A stretch of 56,150 nt of DNA, filler included, from Dugesia japonica (Eukaryota): NCBI GenBank assembly GCA_001938525.1. It is 5 parts of 5 records of this genome, joined end to end, with 100 filler letters (N's around TTAATTAATTAA, not from the genome) between each part and the next. Parts side by side here need not be neighbours in the genome. Positions count along the whole stretch, not along the records: positions 1 to 14,625 come from MQRL01585032.1; 4 more parts are not named here. One strand, given 5' to 3'. Below are positions 1 through 12,215 of the stretch, one piece after another. The notes under the pieces are model-generated. The model had not been told where the DNA came from, searched no databases, and saw nothing but the letters and a program-made list of their open reading frames with translations. Position numbers and translations under genes: made by a program. Position 1 is the first letter of the stretch, and each line of letters starts with the position of its first letter.

Positions 1-616
1 TATTTAATTTAAAAAATATGTAACAGTTTGAATTATTTCTGATAGAGTTTTTATCTAAATGATAATATGTTTGTAAAGTATAAAGTACATTTCAATTTGA
101 ATGTCGACCTCTTGTAAAATAACTTTTTTGAATTTCTTGATTCTTTTCATTAACTACATCATCAAAGATTAATAAATTTTTCTTTTCTTTTGAAAATCTG
201 TCACATGAAATTATTCCATTAAGTTTATTTGATAATGTCACATTTATAGATCTTGGTTTTATAATAAACTAATTTTTTCTCAAGATAATATTGAACAACT
301 TGATATGAAGTTGTGTAATGATTTGGTATTATATTTTGTTTTTCAAACATGTAAATAATTTCATCTTTAGATAATCCATTTTCAAATCCTTAATATAATA
401 CTTGAATTTCAAATTGATTGATTGTTGTAGAATAAAAAATTAATACATCATAATCTAAAAATCTGAAGTTAATAACATTTTCATTAATAAAACATTTTTA
501 CCACATCCTGAAGATCCAATCATTAATAATCTAAAATTATTAGGAAATACTTAATTATTAAACTTTGTTACATTTTTGTTCTGCCATTTTTGAATGTAAT
601 ATTTTAGTGTATACAT
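1..616 (-). pseudogene. Polinton DNA-packaging ATPase (A32/FtsK-HerA-like), disrupted, 3' end outside window
   Basis: Manual translation: FPNNFRLLMIGSSGCGK (Walker A, ~497-545) and LIFDDVVNE (Walker B, ~147-173); ATG at 616; internal stops and frameshifts. Confidence 0.85.
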
Positions 617-639
617 TTCTATCTATTTTTATAAAGAAG

Positions 640-1993
640 TTTTCTGAAGTTCATTACTATAAAATCTCTCCAAAATTTTGTTGTCGCTAAGATTTGAGAT
701 TTCATGTCAAAGGTTCTTCATGATAAATTTTAGTAATAATATAAATTCTTTTTGATCATTTAAAAGTATAACCTTTAGGAAATGTTTTTCCTATTTTAGT
801 AATTCTGACACGATCTCCAATATTAAACTTCACACTTTCGGTGTAGGGTTTATCTATATTTAGTGAAATATTTTCTGGATTCAATGAAGCTTCTTGAGGT
901 GAAATGTTAATTGTAGAATGTTTTGTGTTATTGTAATCATGTATAATTTCTTCTTAAAGCTCTAAATCTATATCTTGATTTCCAACGGCAGTAAAATGTT
1001 TAAAGAGCCTATTTTTAAATGTTCTGTTAAATCTTTCATTGACAACTGCCTTGCCTTGATTTTCAGTTGAATAGATTTCAATGTTATCATTTTTACAAAA
1101 AGATTTAAATGTTGATTATAAAATTCTTTACCTTTATCTACCCATAATTTATTTGGAATTCTAAAACTTTTTTCTAAAATTCTTTCAAAAGCAGTTGTTA
1201 TTGATATTCCAGTTTTATTTTTAGAAATTTTATCAAATGCATATCTAGTGTAAAAATCTATAACTGTTAATATTACATTTTTACCTATACGTTCAACACC
1301 CTGAAATATTAAATCTGCAGACCAAATGTCATCTTTATCATGTACAATTACTTTTCTAAAATGTTTTGGCTTTCTATAATCTTTATGAAGTTCTTTACTT
1401 TTGATAATATTTGCGACTTCGTCGTCATCAGATTCTTCATTTACAATTGTACTTTTTTTAAATGGATCTTTTTTTGTGCAACTTTTTGAAATTAATATTT
1501 TTCCTTTCATAGCTAATTTTACAAGAGCTCTTTGAAATTTTTCTGTTAATGTTGGATTTTCAATATTATTCAAATCATGTATTAAATTTACATCTGCAAT
1601 ATGTCTATCTCTTATGTTTTCTGAAATGTATGAGATGTCGTGTTTTAAAGCCGCAGCATCAACATTATTAATAGGTTCCTCTCCTGGATTTAGGATAAGA
1701 TTTTCGTTTAAACGGATATCTAATCTCGTTCCAGGTCCGGTATAATTAGGTTTAAATAAATGTCTTTCTCCAGGATATTTTTCAGTAATAATTGGTTTTA
1801 ATAATGTTTATATAACTTTTGAATTTTTTAAGTCACCACCTTTGGTTTGCACTCGCATTAACTCCAACTCGCCACCTTTTACATTTATCCTTTTCTAGGC
1901 TACGCTATTTATGCATAAATCTAAATGTCTTGACTTATTCTTTTTTAGAATTATTTTTCCACATTCTTCACATATAAAATTTTTATTCTTCAT
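640..1993 (-). pseudogene. Zn-ribbon + parvovirus-like PLA2 + retroviral-type (rve) integrase fusion gene, disrupted
   Basis: The frame of ORF 968-1573 extends to ATG 1993: FICEECGK...KGGD...YPGERHLFKPNYTGPGT...PINNVDAAALKHD (PLA2), then WSADL, LTVIDFYTRY, LWVDKGKEFYN (integrase). After a frameshift come YNNTKHSTI and FNIGDRVRI...KGY. In-frame stops at 1895-1897 and 1808-1810. Confidence 0.88.
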
Positions 1994-1995
1994 TT

Positions 1996-2090
1996 TTTAT
2001 ATTTAAGATTTAACATCTAAGATTTTTATATTTAAGATTTACATCTAACATGTTTATATTAAAGATTTAACATCAACACCTTTTATATTT
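1996..2090. repeat. About three imperfect ~28-nt repeats (tttatatttaagatttaacatcta) between capsid and integrase genes
   Basis: Read directly; the acatctaa core recurs near 5690-5760. Confidence 0.6.
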
Positions 2091-3372
2091 TCTATCATAA
2101 CAATTTTACTGTTAGATAATTTCATTTCAACATGTTTTTCTTCAAGTATACACTAGTAAATTGTACCTTTAAAATCAGAATCTTTTGTTAAATGAAGTGT
2201 AACATCAACATTATTAATATTCATTTTATCATCATGTGCGCTTACATCAAAACAAAACATTGGATATAAATTACTAAAATCTAAAAGTGATAACTGTGGT
2301 TCTGTTAAAAAATTATGACAACATTTTACATAATTCCTATATGGATTAAACCATTTCATTATTTTGCATGTTAAATTTACATTCATTAATTGGATAATAA
2401 GTATTGTTTAATTGTATCTGAATAGATTTTAAATAATAATTTTTTGTTACCTCTACTTCTGGATTTCCTTCTTTAACTTTCTTACTAGATTTTTGAATGA
2501 ATAAATTATTATTTTTTTCATATGAAATTTCATTATCTTTTACGCAAATAAAAACATATCTAGGTTGATATGCAAGAGTGCTAATTTTAATTGAATAATA
2601 TCCTCCGGCATCTAAATTTGATTGAGCAGTTATGCGATTCAAATTTGAAACTTTTATTAGTTTATTTGTTGCAATTCTTTCTAGGAGAATTAATTCTGTT
2701 TTAGGTAATAATCTCAATTCTGGAATGTGAAGTTCAAGTGTTAAAAATTTTAATGTTGCAGTTGTTTTATCTTCTCCATAAAATAATAATTTATCTTGAA
2801 TTTGTCTGTTGCATGTAAACTCTATCATTGTATTATATAAAANTCTATTATAATTTTGCATAAAACCAAATAGATTTCTTAATTGAAAATATCCTTCAAA
2901 TTTTTAACTTGAATAAATTTTTTTTCTATTATAATAACCAATATTACAATCCCAATTTTGTTTTCAGTATCTCCTTTATTTATATCTGGTATCCAACCTG
3001 ACATTTGTCCATATTCTTTTTTATATGTTTCAGTTGTAGATATTAAATTTAACATCGTACTTATTACACCTGGATCATTTATTGTTTCCACATCTGTCGA
3101 ACTCAGGGTTAATCTCATCGATTTAAATAAACTTGGGAAAAAATTATTTTCTAAAGTTATTTTATCTTTATCTGATGGAGTTATTTAAATTCTAAAGTAT
3201 AATAATGAATTACAAATGTCAAGTGGATTTTTAGATTGTAAAAATTGAAAAACAATATCACCTGAAGAATTTAAATTATTTATCAAACCTGATGATGGTA
3301 AAATTTTAAGTGTATCATTTTTAATTGATGTATGTGCAAATTCAACATTATTATCTGAATTCAATGTTGCAT
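2056..3372 (-). pseudogene. Polinton major capsid protein (double jelly-roll/hexon-like), frameshifted
   Basis: ORF pieces 2879-3118, 2346-2861 and 2153-2386 are collinear: LNSSGDIVF, VETINDPG, LELHIPELRL, QPRYVFI, IQLNNTYYP, LYPMFCFDVS, which are motifs typical of Polinton MCP. Total about 430 codons. Confidence 0.8.
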
Positions 3373-3522
3373 TTTATAAAGATAAAAATTAATATTATTA
3401 CTATAAAATTGTTAAAAAATAAATAATATGTTTCTGCTGTGCAACTTTTGAATTTAATCTTTCATTAATATTTAAAAAACTGAATAAATATTTTGTTTGT
3501 ATTTCATTTTTAGCCATTTTTA

Positions 3523-5562
3523 TTATATAAATTTTTCATCTCTAAAATTCTTTGGTCTTAAGTTGAAAGAATTTAATATTTTATGATTTCTCGATTTAGT
3601 TAGAGTATCTCCCATTTTCTTAACTGTTGTTTTACATATTTTAAAAGAATCTAGAAATCTAATATTTTTATATTGAAATGTGATATATTGATCGTCAGAA
3701 TGTGAAATTATTTTTTTTTTTAGGATTTTTTCTTAAAAGTTGTTTAAAAAATAAATGATTATCATAACCCATCGCATTATAAAAATAAAATGGAATGAAT
3801 AAATTTCTTTTACTTTTATCTTGAAGATTACCATCTGAATGTGAATAACCTCGAAATTTTCTATTAAAATGATTATGATCTTTAACTGGATTTTCTATTA
3901 TTGGTTTGTCGCAATATCTACATTTTTGGTATGGTATAAATTCTGGACATGTTCCTGTGAAATCTTTTTGTAGTTTGTTAAAAATAACATCTTTAAATTT
4001 ATTATTAATTTCTTCAAGAAACTTTATAAAATCTTTAATTACATTTTCTCCTGAAAATTCATAATAATTATTTGGTATTAAATCTGGATAATCACTTTTG
4101 AAATATATTCCTAAACTTATTGGATCTTGTTTATTATTTTTTTTGTGTAAGATTCAAAATCTTCATATATAACAAATGGAATTTTATTTATAAAATGATT
4201 ATTTTTAAATTCAAAATATTTCTCTTTGGAAAATATAACATTTGCNNNNNNNNNNNNNNNNNNNNNNNNNNNNNNNNNNNNNNNNNNNNNNNNNNTTATT
4301 TTTAAATTCAAAATATTTCTCTTTGGAAAATATAACATTTGCTGCTTTGTGATGAATACATTCTTGTTGGTGTTTTAATAAAACTTCTTTACTTGAATAT
4401 TGATTCATACATCCTAAACATAAATGATTTCCTTGTGATACATTAAGTAAAGTTTCCACATTTCTAACAAATACATAATGATTTCTATAAATTAACAAAT
4501 TACATTTATTTTCTTCCGGATTTGGTTTTGATTTATAATGTGAAATGTAAAGTGGTAAAATGTTAGATTCTCCATTTAATTCAAAAACATTTATATTTAA
4601 ATTATTTAATTTTTCTAATTTCTTTACATCTTCAATTCCTGATAAAAATTTCATTCCTTGAGTTTCTAATTCAGGTAAATATGGAATATAATTATTTACT
4701 CGTCTTGCATTTGGTAAAACATATTTATGAGCTAGAACTGAATAAAGTAAACATTTATCATCTTTATTTTCAATATTAATAACTCCATATTTTTGAAATG
4801 GTAAAACACAATATGTTGCACCAACTAAAGATTGATATTTTTCTAATTCTATTTTAAAATCAATTATGTGATCCATGTATCAATTAGAGTCACTTCGATG
4901 CATATCTTCCATAAAATTTTGAACTTCTTTAAACATCTCATGTACTTTTTCTAATATTGTTTCTCTTGTATAAATTTTTCTATTTTTAGTTAGTTTCTAT
5001 TTTTGGGTTAAGAATAGAACTTTGTTATTTTTCCTTCTTTACTATATTGTGAATTTACACCCATTCTCATTTTAAATTTATAACTTAATTTAAAAAACTC
5101 TTTGACAATATATACTATTTCTGGTTTAACACTTTCAAGTGTTCTTAATTTAAATTTTTCAATATTTCTTACCATCTCTACTTTACTATTTAAAAATATT
5201 TTAATATCATAATTTGAATATGTTTCANTATTGAACACATCTTTAATATGTTTTGGTTCTCGATTTCTTAACCAATTATTTACTATTTTCATATGGCTTT
5301 GACTTCGCATATGTTCATATAATAATTCTTTATTTGGTAAATGTTTATCGCAAAGTTCACAATATAAATCAACATTGTCACATAAAGTTTTACTCATGTG
5401 TAATTTAAAACCAGATTGAGTTTTAAATTTTTTATGGCAAATTTCACATCTAACATAATCTTGTGGATTTATATATTCACATTTTTTAGATTGTATTTGT
5501 GAATTTAAACCACCACTAGTTTTAAATTTTTTATTACATTTAAGACAAGAAAATGTGTTCAT
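3523..5562 (-). pseudogene. Truncated protein-primed PolB: Zn fingers, terminal-protein/vOTU region, HNH/EndoVII insert, exonuclease I-II; no polymerase domain
   Basis: ORFs 5008-5562 and 4211-4876 align by eye with the N-terminus of 15315-19799 (KCxxCxxKFKxSxGL, KPxPEENKCNLLIYxNHY, LCLGCMN). Further motifs are YEDFES, DHNHFNRKFRGY, GYDNHLF and RFLDS. Homology ends near 3550, followed by a stop. Confidence 0.88.
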
Positions 5563-5627
5563 TTTTTTACTGCTTATTTTATTATAATTAATTTAATCAC
5601 AAACCCTCCTAAACTCTAGTGTATAAT

Positions 5628-5783
5628 TTTTCACTCAAACTTTTTCACTCAACATCTTTCACTCAACATCTTTCACTCAAACTTTTTACTCAACATCTTA
5701 TATCTAAACTTTCAAACCCTTGAGCAACTCAAAATCTTTCACTCAACATCTTACATCTAAAATTTCAAACCCTTGAGTGAAAA
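5628..5783. repeat. Array of TTTCACTCAA motifs plus a ~35-nt direct repeat upstream of the element-1 pPolB
   Basis: About six tttcactcaa-like copies, one inverted copy (ttgagtgaaa 5773-5782), and duplicated tcaacatcttaYatctaaaMtttcaaacccttgag. Confidence 0.75.
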
Positions 5784-5803
5784 TAGGGTGTTATTTAACT
5801 ACT

Positions 5804-5962
5804 TATATGAAATAAGATGTAATTATTTTAGCAGGTTTCTTTAAAAATGTTAGAGAAACATGTTTAAATAATTAACAAATAAATCCTAGTTATTGTTATT
5901 CTGCACAAGGATTAACCTGGGTTGCAGGAAAAAATTTACACAAGTAAAATTAAAATATGCAT
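5804..5962 (+). pseudogene. Isolated pPolB fragment (exonuclease III region)
   Basis: YMK*DVIILAGFFKNVRETCLNN*QINPSYCYSAQGLTWVAG matches YNKLDVTILADFIETLRDFSLKYYKIDPCYCYTAPSLTWKAG of the 1494-aa ORF. Confidence 0.85.
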
Positions 5963-6479
5963 AAAAACATGATAGATATTCAGGAATGTGTTGAGAGAGA
6001 CAGGACTTTTCAAAAATTCAAAAATCAAATACTAGATTTAGAAAAACTAGACAACTAAACAAAGAACAAGTAGGTGATATATTTTTTTTTTCAGTTTTGT
6101 AAATGTTTTTACTAAATCTGTTCTTTTTAACGGATGTTGACATTGGCTATATTCCTTTATTGCCTCATTTAACTGATTTTTTATATCAATCGGAAAAATT
6201 AATCCAGATTTGTTATTAATTAACTCACAAAACTCTGTGTTTAAAAAAAATCTATTTTTTTAAATAATTAAAACATGTCACATAAATATAAACCACCCCT
6301 GTATGCGAAGATTCCTCACTGAGAAAGATCTTTAATCATTTAGTCCAAAAGTAATGTCCTTCATAATAACCTAGTTATAGTTTACTTTGGTTTTGAGACA
6401 TTTTATTACAGTCGGATTCATAATATCTACAACTGTTATTATTATTGTATTGAGCGTGACAATTATTTTAAACCTCAAA

Positions 6480-7350
6480 TTAAAAACCATTAGTTTTTTA
6501 CTTTGTAATTTGAAATATGCAAAGGAGAAGATATATAACTTTTACAGAGTGTTATATCGTTTTCGTGTGGTTTTAAATTTTTTTCAAGAACACTTATTGA
6601 AATATTAAATAGTTTTTCCAAAATTTTAATCTTATTTATTAGAAAACCTGTCTTAGCTATTTCATTTATATCTATAATATTTTTCATTAATACATCAGGA
6701 TTTATTGCTTTATAATATTTTAAATAATATCTAAAGTCACTTTTATGATGTGAATTATCCGCTTGAGGAAATAAATATATAATTAGATGCCAAAATACAT
6801 AGAAATTATCTATCATTTTAATATTTATAATTGAGTTAGATCTAAATGGGAAATTTAAAATGTAGCCCCCATGTAGAAATTTAACTCTAATAAATTATAT
6901 TGAAATATTTTTATAACCTATTATTCTACAATTGCTACATTGAAAACTGCTCATTTTGCTGTCAAATGCGTGATGTAACTGAATTAATATATCTTGTTCT
7001 AGAGAATTTCTATTTTCTATCTCTTCACTAATTAATAGATCATCCTTTTTATTATAAACAATGCAGGAAATTATAGATTTGAATTTTTTGTATGCACAGT
7101 GTTATATCCTATTTCTGATAACATTTTCATAGATCGATAAATAACCATTAATGTCGTCTCCCGAAATAAAATCATGTGTTATTGATTCTTTTAAATAATA
7201 TGGATGGGTAATAAATGCATTCAATCTATTAATTTCTCGTTCTTCTCAATTATATCTTCTAGATTTGAGTCAATTTAGACGAGGGGGTGATCTATTTATC
7301 CTTATAATTGGAGGTAAATTGAAAATAGTATTTCTTCGTAGCTCTCGTAT
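6480..7350 (-). pseudogene. Divergent relic of a pPolB terminal-protein/vOTU-like N-terminal region
   Basis: HGGYILNFPFRSNSII then (frameshift) DNFYVFWHLII...KIKILEKLFNISISVLE...PLHISNYK parallels VGGTYRELPFSKNGVVN..DNKCFLYSIL...IKKFERLNDWKINVLE...PLRIKHY. Confidence 0.6.
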
Positions 7351-7659
7351 GTCTTTTTTATAAATTAAATAACTTTTTATTATTATTTATCTTTTTAAAT
7401 AAAAATAATGTAAATTTGTAAAGTGAAGTAGTATTGAACTAAGCTGGTTTGACCTTGTACGGTTTTATTCATTTTTGAGCCTTTTCTAAATGTTATTTTT
7501 CATTATTTTAATTTTTATTTTTAAATTTTCTTATTTTAACACGTTCAATGTTTTTTCACTCCATTGGAACAAAAACTTGTAAAATTAACCATTTTGACTA
7601 CAGCGAAAAAATGAAAAAAATAGTATGGGGCCGAACCAGACCAGTTCGATACTACTACT

Positions 7660-7800
7660 GTCCTATTCTCTGCAAATTATCAAGACTGCCGAGTCCCATG
7701 CAAAATATAGATACTATTCTATCCTATGAAAAATATATAGACTATCCCGTTCCATGCAAAATATCAAGACTGTCTCATCTCAAACGTAAATATAAAGTCT
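7660..7800. repeat. Degenerate ~30-nt tandem repeats (atgcaaaatatcaagactg-like)
   Basis: Four to five imperfect copies read directly; they account for spurious ORF 7548-7805. Confidence 0.5.
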
Positions 7801-8805
7801 GCTAAAAATAATTTTAATTTCACATCAAAAAATATTTTTCTAAGTTTCGCGCAAAAAATATTTTCTCTTCAAAAAATCAAGACTACCCTCTTCCTTTTCA
7901 AAAAATATAAAAAATATTCCTTCATATACAAAAACACAAGGAAATACTCAAACATACATCAATTTTCAAAAATACTATTATTTTCAACAAATTCATTATT
8001 TTAAACAAAATACATAATTTTTGCGCAATATAAAGCTTTCAAAAAGTTAATACATTATACCCTCCCGACAGAAAATTTCAAAAATATCTCAAAAGAATTG
8101 ATTTTCTTTCAACCAATACAATTTTTCCTTCATAAAAAAATGTTCTTACTTATAAATATCAACTAATCAAATTTGAACACAACAAATCAAAAATCAAAGG
8201 CACAATCGACTACCTCTATTTTCCTCATTACAATACCTTTCCAGCAACACATTAATCACAAAAATCCAACTAACCGCTACAAACTTTAACTCTCCAAAAA
8301 ATCACCCCACGATAACTCATAAGCCTGTGCTGTGGCGCCACTTCTTTTTGTAGAACAAACTAGCCATTATACATCATAAGTCCTTTAAAAAATGTATTGA
8401 GAGAATTTTAATTACCCCCAAAAACTTATTTTCTAGATCCCCACCCCTCCCTCGAGTTTAAATTCACTTATTCACACAGATACACATACACCAACTAAAT
8501 TTAACCAATTTTAAATTAATTCCCTCGACAACTCAAACACGCACAAATTTTAAAAAATTAAAAATACACGCACACTCATTTTCAGGATCAAAAAAATGAA
8601 AACATTTTTGATCCAAAAAATCATAGCTAAAAAATCATTTTACAATTTCTTAGCACAATCCAAGTCACCGGGGAGTGATTTTTCATGTATTTTTATTGAC
8701 CAATAAAAATGCTCAAATTTTCANAACACTTTTTTCAAAACACTTGGTGGAAGAGAGATAAAAATTCTAATGCGCTAATATCTATCTACTGGGGTTCTGT
8801 GTGAC

Positions 8806-8890
8806 ATAAAATTCATTATTCACTATAAAATTCATTATTCAACATAAAATTCATTATTCAGCATAAAATTCATTATTCACTAGAAAATTC
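8806..8890. repeat. 19-nt tandem repeat, four copies plus a partial (ataaaattcattattcaNN)
   Basis: Units start at 8806, 8825, 8844 and 8863. Confidence 0.9.
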
Positions 8891-8989
8891 GCCATTATCC
8901 ATCTACTAATAAGCACTACAGAGAAATTTTAATTTTTATTTTTCAAAACGAAATTAGTAAAACATCATTGTTTTCCTTTTAGTATTAAA

Positions 8990-9553
8990 ATGTCAGAAAG
9001 TATTGATGAAACAAAAAATCAAATGAAAACTTCTTCCGAGAAATATTCTGAGTTTCTAAATTATGTTCAAAGGCGCATTGAAAATAGCAAAAATGATCTT
9101 CAAATAAACAAAATATTTAATAAAATACTCGAAATAATTGATGATCATAAAGGAAAATGTAATAAAGAAAATGCACCGCAGATGATTTCTAAAATCGAAG
9201 AAAACATTATAAGTAAAGTAATTGAATTAATGGGAAAACATTTAAAAGATTTGTGTATTGATGCAATCAATAATAGAAAACAAGAATTCAATAACGATCA
9301 CTCACATGAAATAACAATGGATTGTAATATTGATTATAAAATACCACAAGATCTATTAACCTTACCAAATTACGATGTTAAAGTATTTTTTTTTAAGTCT
9401 ATAAATTTATTATATTAATAAATATTCTAGAAAATATTTTGGAGTGTCGAATATGGAGACAAAACAATAAAAGTAAAAGAATCATATTCTACATTTGTAC
9501 AAGCTAATAAACAACAGATCAATGATTCAATAAAGGATTTGTATGAAACTGAG
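8990..9553 (+). CDS. Spliced host gene of unknown function (exons 8990-9382 and 9431-9553; continuation not resolved)
   Basis: ATG plus 131 codons, a 48-nt GT..AG intron (9383-9430), a phase-0 open second exon (KIFWSVEYGDK...) and a GT at 9554. Confidence 0.5.
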
Positions 9554-10867
9554 GTTAATAATTTAAAAATATTAAAATAATTTATTTTTGATGCGTTTAA
9601 ATAAAATGAAATCATAAAACGTTTATAAAAAAATAAATAATGTTTTCGTAACATGTATACGTTTAAAGATAAAGAGAATTACTCTGAAATCTGCACAAAT
9701 ATTTATTAAAAACGTTTGTCATTTATCTACTTAAAATAATAAAAACCTTAGTGTGAATTAAAAGATTTTTTCCAATGACGTTAATAGCTTAAAACATAAA
9801 TATATAGATAGACATTGGCATTTAAAATCAAATAAAGCTCCCTTTTCAATAACTGACACCAGGAATTGTTATTTACTCAATTAACACTCAGCAACGCATT
9901 ACAGTGGGAAGATATGAGCGCGCATGATGACTTCTTGCTCTTATCGTAAGTATATACATATTAGAACAGTTGAGAATAAATTTTGGTCCATTACATAATT
10001 TATGCACACATAACACATGCAATTTGACTTATCACTTTCATAGCATTAAGCATTATAAAAACAATACACAATTACCATATTGCACAATAAATATTTTCAT
10101 TACCATGGTTGATATTATTTTATGATTATTTACATATTTTAACAACTATCAAATATATTGTCTATTAAATATGCAACAACACAATTATATGTTTCTTATT
10201 ATTATCCTTATAAATAAAGCTAACAAGTCATTATACGTTTTTAAAAAAAATGTCTTATTATTCAAATATACATAATCAATATATAAATTAAACAAAATAA
10301 CAAATATATAACAACATTTATTTCATCATTTAAACTAAAATCATCGTCCTCTTCTTCTTTGATAAGATGGGGTCATTAAAGCAGTTATTTAATGCTTATT
10401 ATTAAATTATTAATTTTATAATGACTGTGAGTGTGTTATGAAGATTGAGTTGAAATATTTGTAGATTGATGATCATTTAAAAAAAAGATTTTTCAAAAGA
10501 TTCATATTATGGATACAAAAATTTAAATAACGAATATTTGATTTTTAAATCTTAATGACAATTAAGTANNNNNNNNNNNNNNNNNNNNNNNNNNNNNNNN
10601 NNNNNNNNNNNNNNNNNNTTTTAAGATAAATTTTAATAACTTTAAAATATGATCACCAATTTAAACACAGGATTTTAATTTGTTTGAATAAAGAAATAGT
10701 GTTAGCATAACTTTTGTTCTAATAGATTTTGTAATGAATTTAAGTCTTGATATTGATAATCAGATGAGTATTCCAAACTCATCTAAAATGGTGGCCACGG
10801 TAAACACCGAATCAATCACAGAAATATTGTTGTCAAAAATGATCTAGATATGTTTATAAGAACTACA

Positions 10868-11090
10868 GTGTTGAACATGTCAGAATTATGGACATACAAA
10901 AAGAGTGTTCAATACATTATTATGCAGAATGTTCAACTTGTTACAATAAAGGGCATTTAAGTAGAAATCATCCAGACAAGAAACCATCAAAATATTTTGG
11001 GTGTGGTAAGATTGGTCATATTAGATGGAGGTGCACAGAAATATAATGCGGAAGATGTAAAAGATCGGGTCACAGAGCGGAAGAATGTTG
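10868..11090 (+). pseudogene. Retrotransposon gag relic with four CCHC zinc knuckles
   Basis: C*TCQNYGH, CSTCYNKGHLSRN, FGCGKIGHIRWRC, CGRCKRSGHRAEEC. Confidence 0.7.
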
Positions 11091-11779
11091 TTCGAAGATT
11101 GGTGAACCCAGACTAGAAGAGACAAGATACAATTCTAAAAGCGAACAACAAACAAAAGATTAGAGTAGGAACAAACCAATTTATGCGTTTATTTGAGTAT
11201 TTTGTTCTGAAACTTATATCCACATATGGGATTTTGTATAAAATTTCATTTCCTTCTTTATCAATAGTTTTATTATATTTAAACATTATCATCGATTAAT
11301 TATTTTTCTTCTCAAATTCTGGAATGTTGATGAGCTTCTGTAGTATCTTCTGCTCATCATATACTAATTTATTTAGAAAACTGTTATTTTTCGCAGTCGA
11401 TGTCGACTATTCTTAACGATATCATATTTAGGCACTTCAAGTATGCTATACGCTATGCTATATATAAAGCTTTTATTATCTGTATTATGCACATTGATTA
11501 TTGCTTTTCATTTATGTAACGATTCAGTACTCTGAATGTATGATAAACCAGATAGATAAATCATTGGTGAAAATTTTGTTTAAATACATCAAAGTTATTT
11601 TAATTTTCCATCCACTGCTTAGTTCTAAATACACTGAAACGTATGCATTTGCTCTTTCTCTTATTTTATTTATAAAATTGTCTGAATATTCTATTGCTTT
11701 GTAAGACCATAACGATTCTTTTATTTCTTCTTTATAACCATATATTTTTAATTCTGCATGGAATCGTAAATTGCACATT

Positions 11780-11930
11780 GCGATGTTTGAATTTCTTAAA
11801 TTCTTCTTCAACATGATTACCCACATGTTCTGGAATTTGAACCGATTTCCATTCTAATTCTTCACTCTGAATTGGGGACTGATATATGATTCCTTTAAAT
11901 CTAATTTACAAAAATAATCATTGGTAATCC
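11780..11930 (-). pseudogene. Possible reverse transcriptase fragment
   Basis: DYFCKLDLKESYISVP resembles the LTR-RT (Y)FxKLDLxxxY motif; very short. Confidence 0.35.
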
Positions 11931-12215
11931 TAGTTATTCTTCAGCTCCTATTATTTTTATGGTTTATAATCTTAAAAATAAAATTAAAATTAAATATAAT
12001 AAATTTAAGAAAAATAATAATTACTTTATTGATTTTTCTATTCATCGAGTTTATGTTTATGTTATTGTTTGTTTTGCTTATCATTGTATTATTCCCTTGA
12101 TTATTTATATTCTAAAATTAAATTAAATTAATTATTTAAAAGAATGTAACTTACAATATTAGTTTTTAAGTTATAACGAAACAATATTTGTATTTTGTTT
12201 ATATCCTCAAAATAT

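Larger units (their letters stand above)
1..5803 (-). mobile_element. Decayed Polinton/Maverick (adintovirus-like) element 1; left part runs off the window
   Basis: Co-oriented minus-strand relics of pPolB N-terminus, major capsid, PLA2-integrase and FtsK/A32-like ATPase, all with stops or frameshifts. Candidate 5'-AGTAGT terminus (actact at 5798-5803); right boundary uncertain. Confidence 0.88.

Noticed and set aside
4195-4345. Direct repeat inside the truncated pPolB
   Set aside because: The same ~50 nt flank both sides of an N gap, indicating an unmerged contig overlap.
8806-8890. CRISPR-like repeat array
   Set aside because: Units are contiguous with no unique spacers, there are no cas genes, and the context is eukaryotic.
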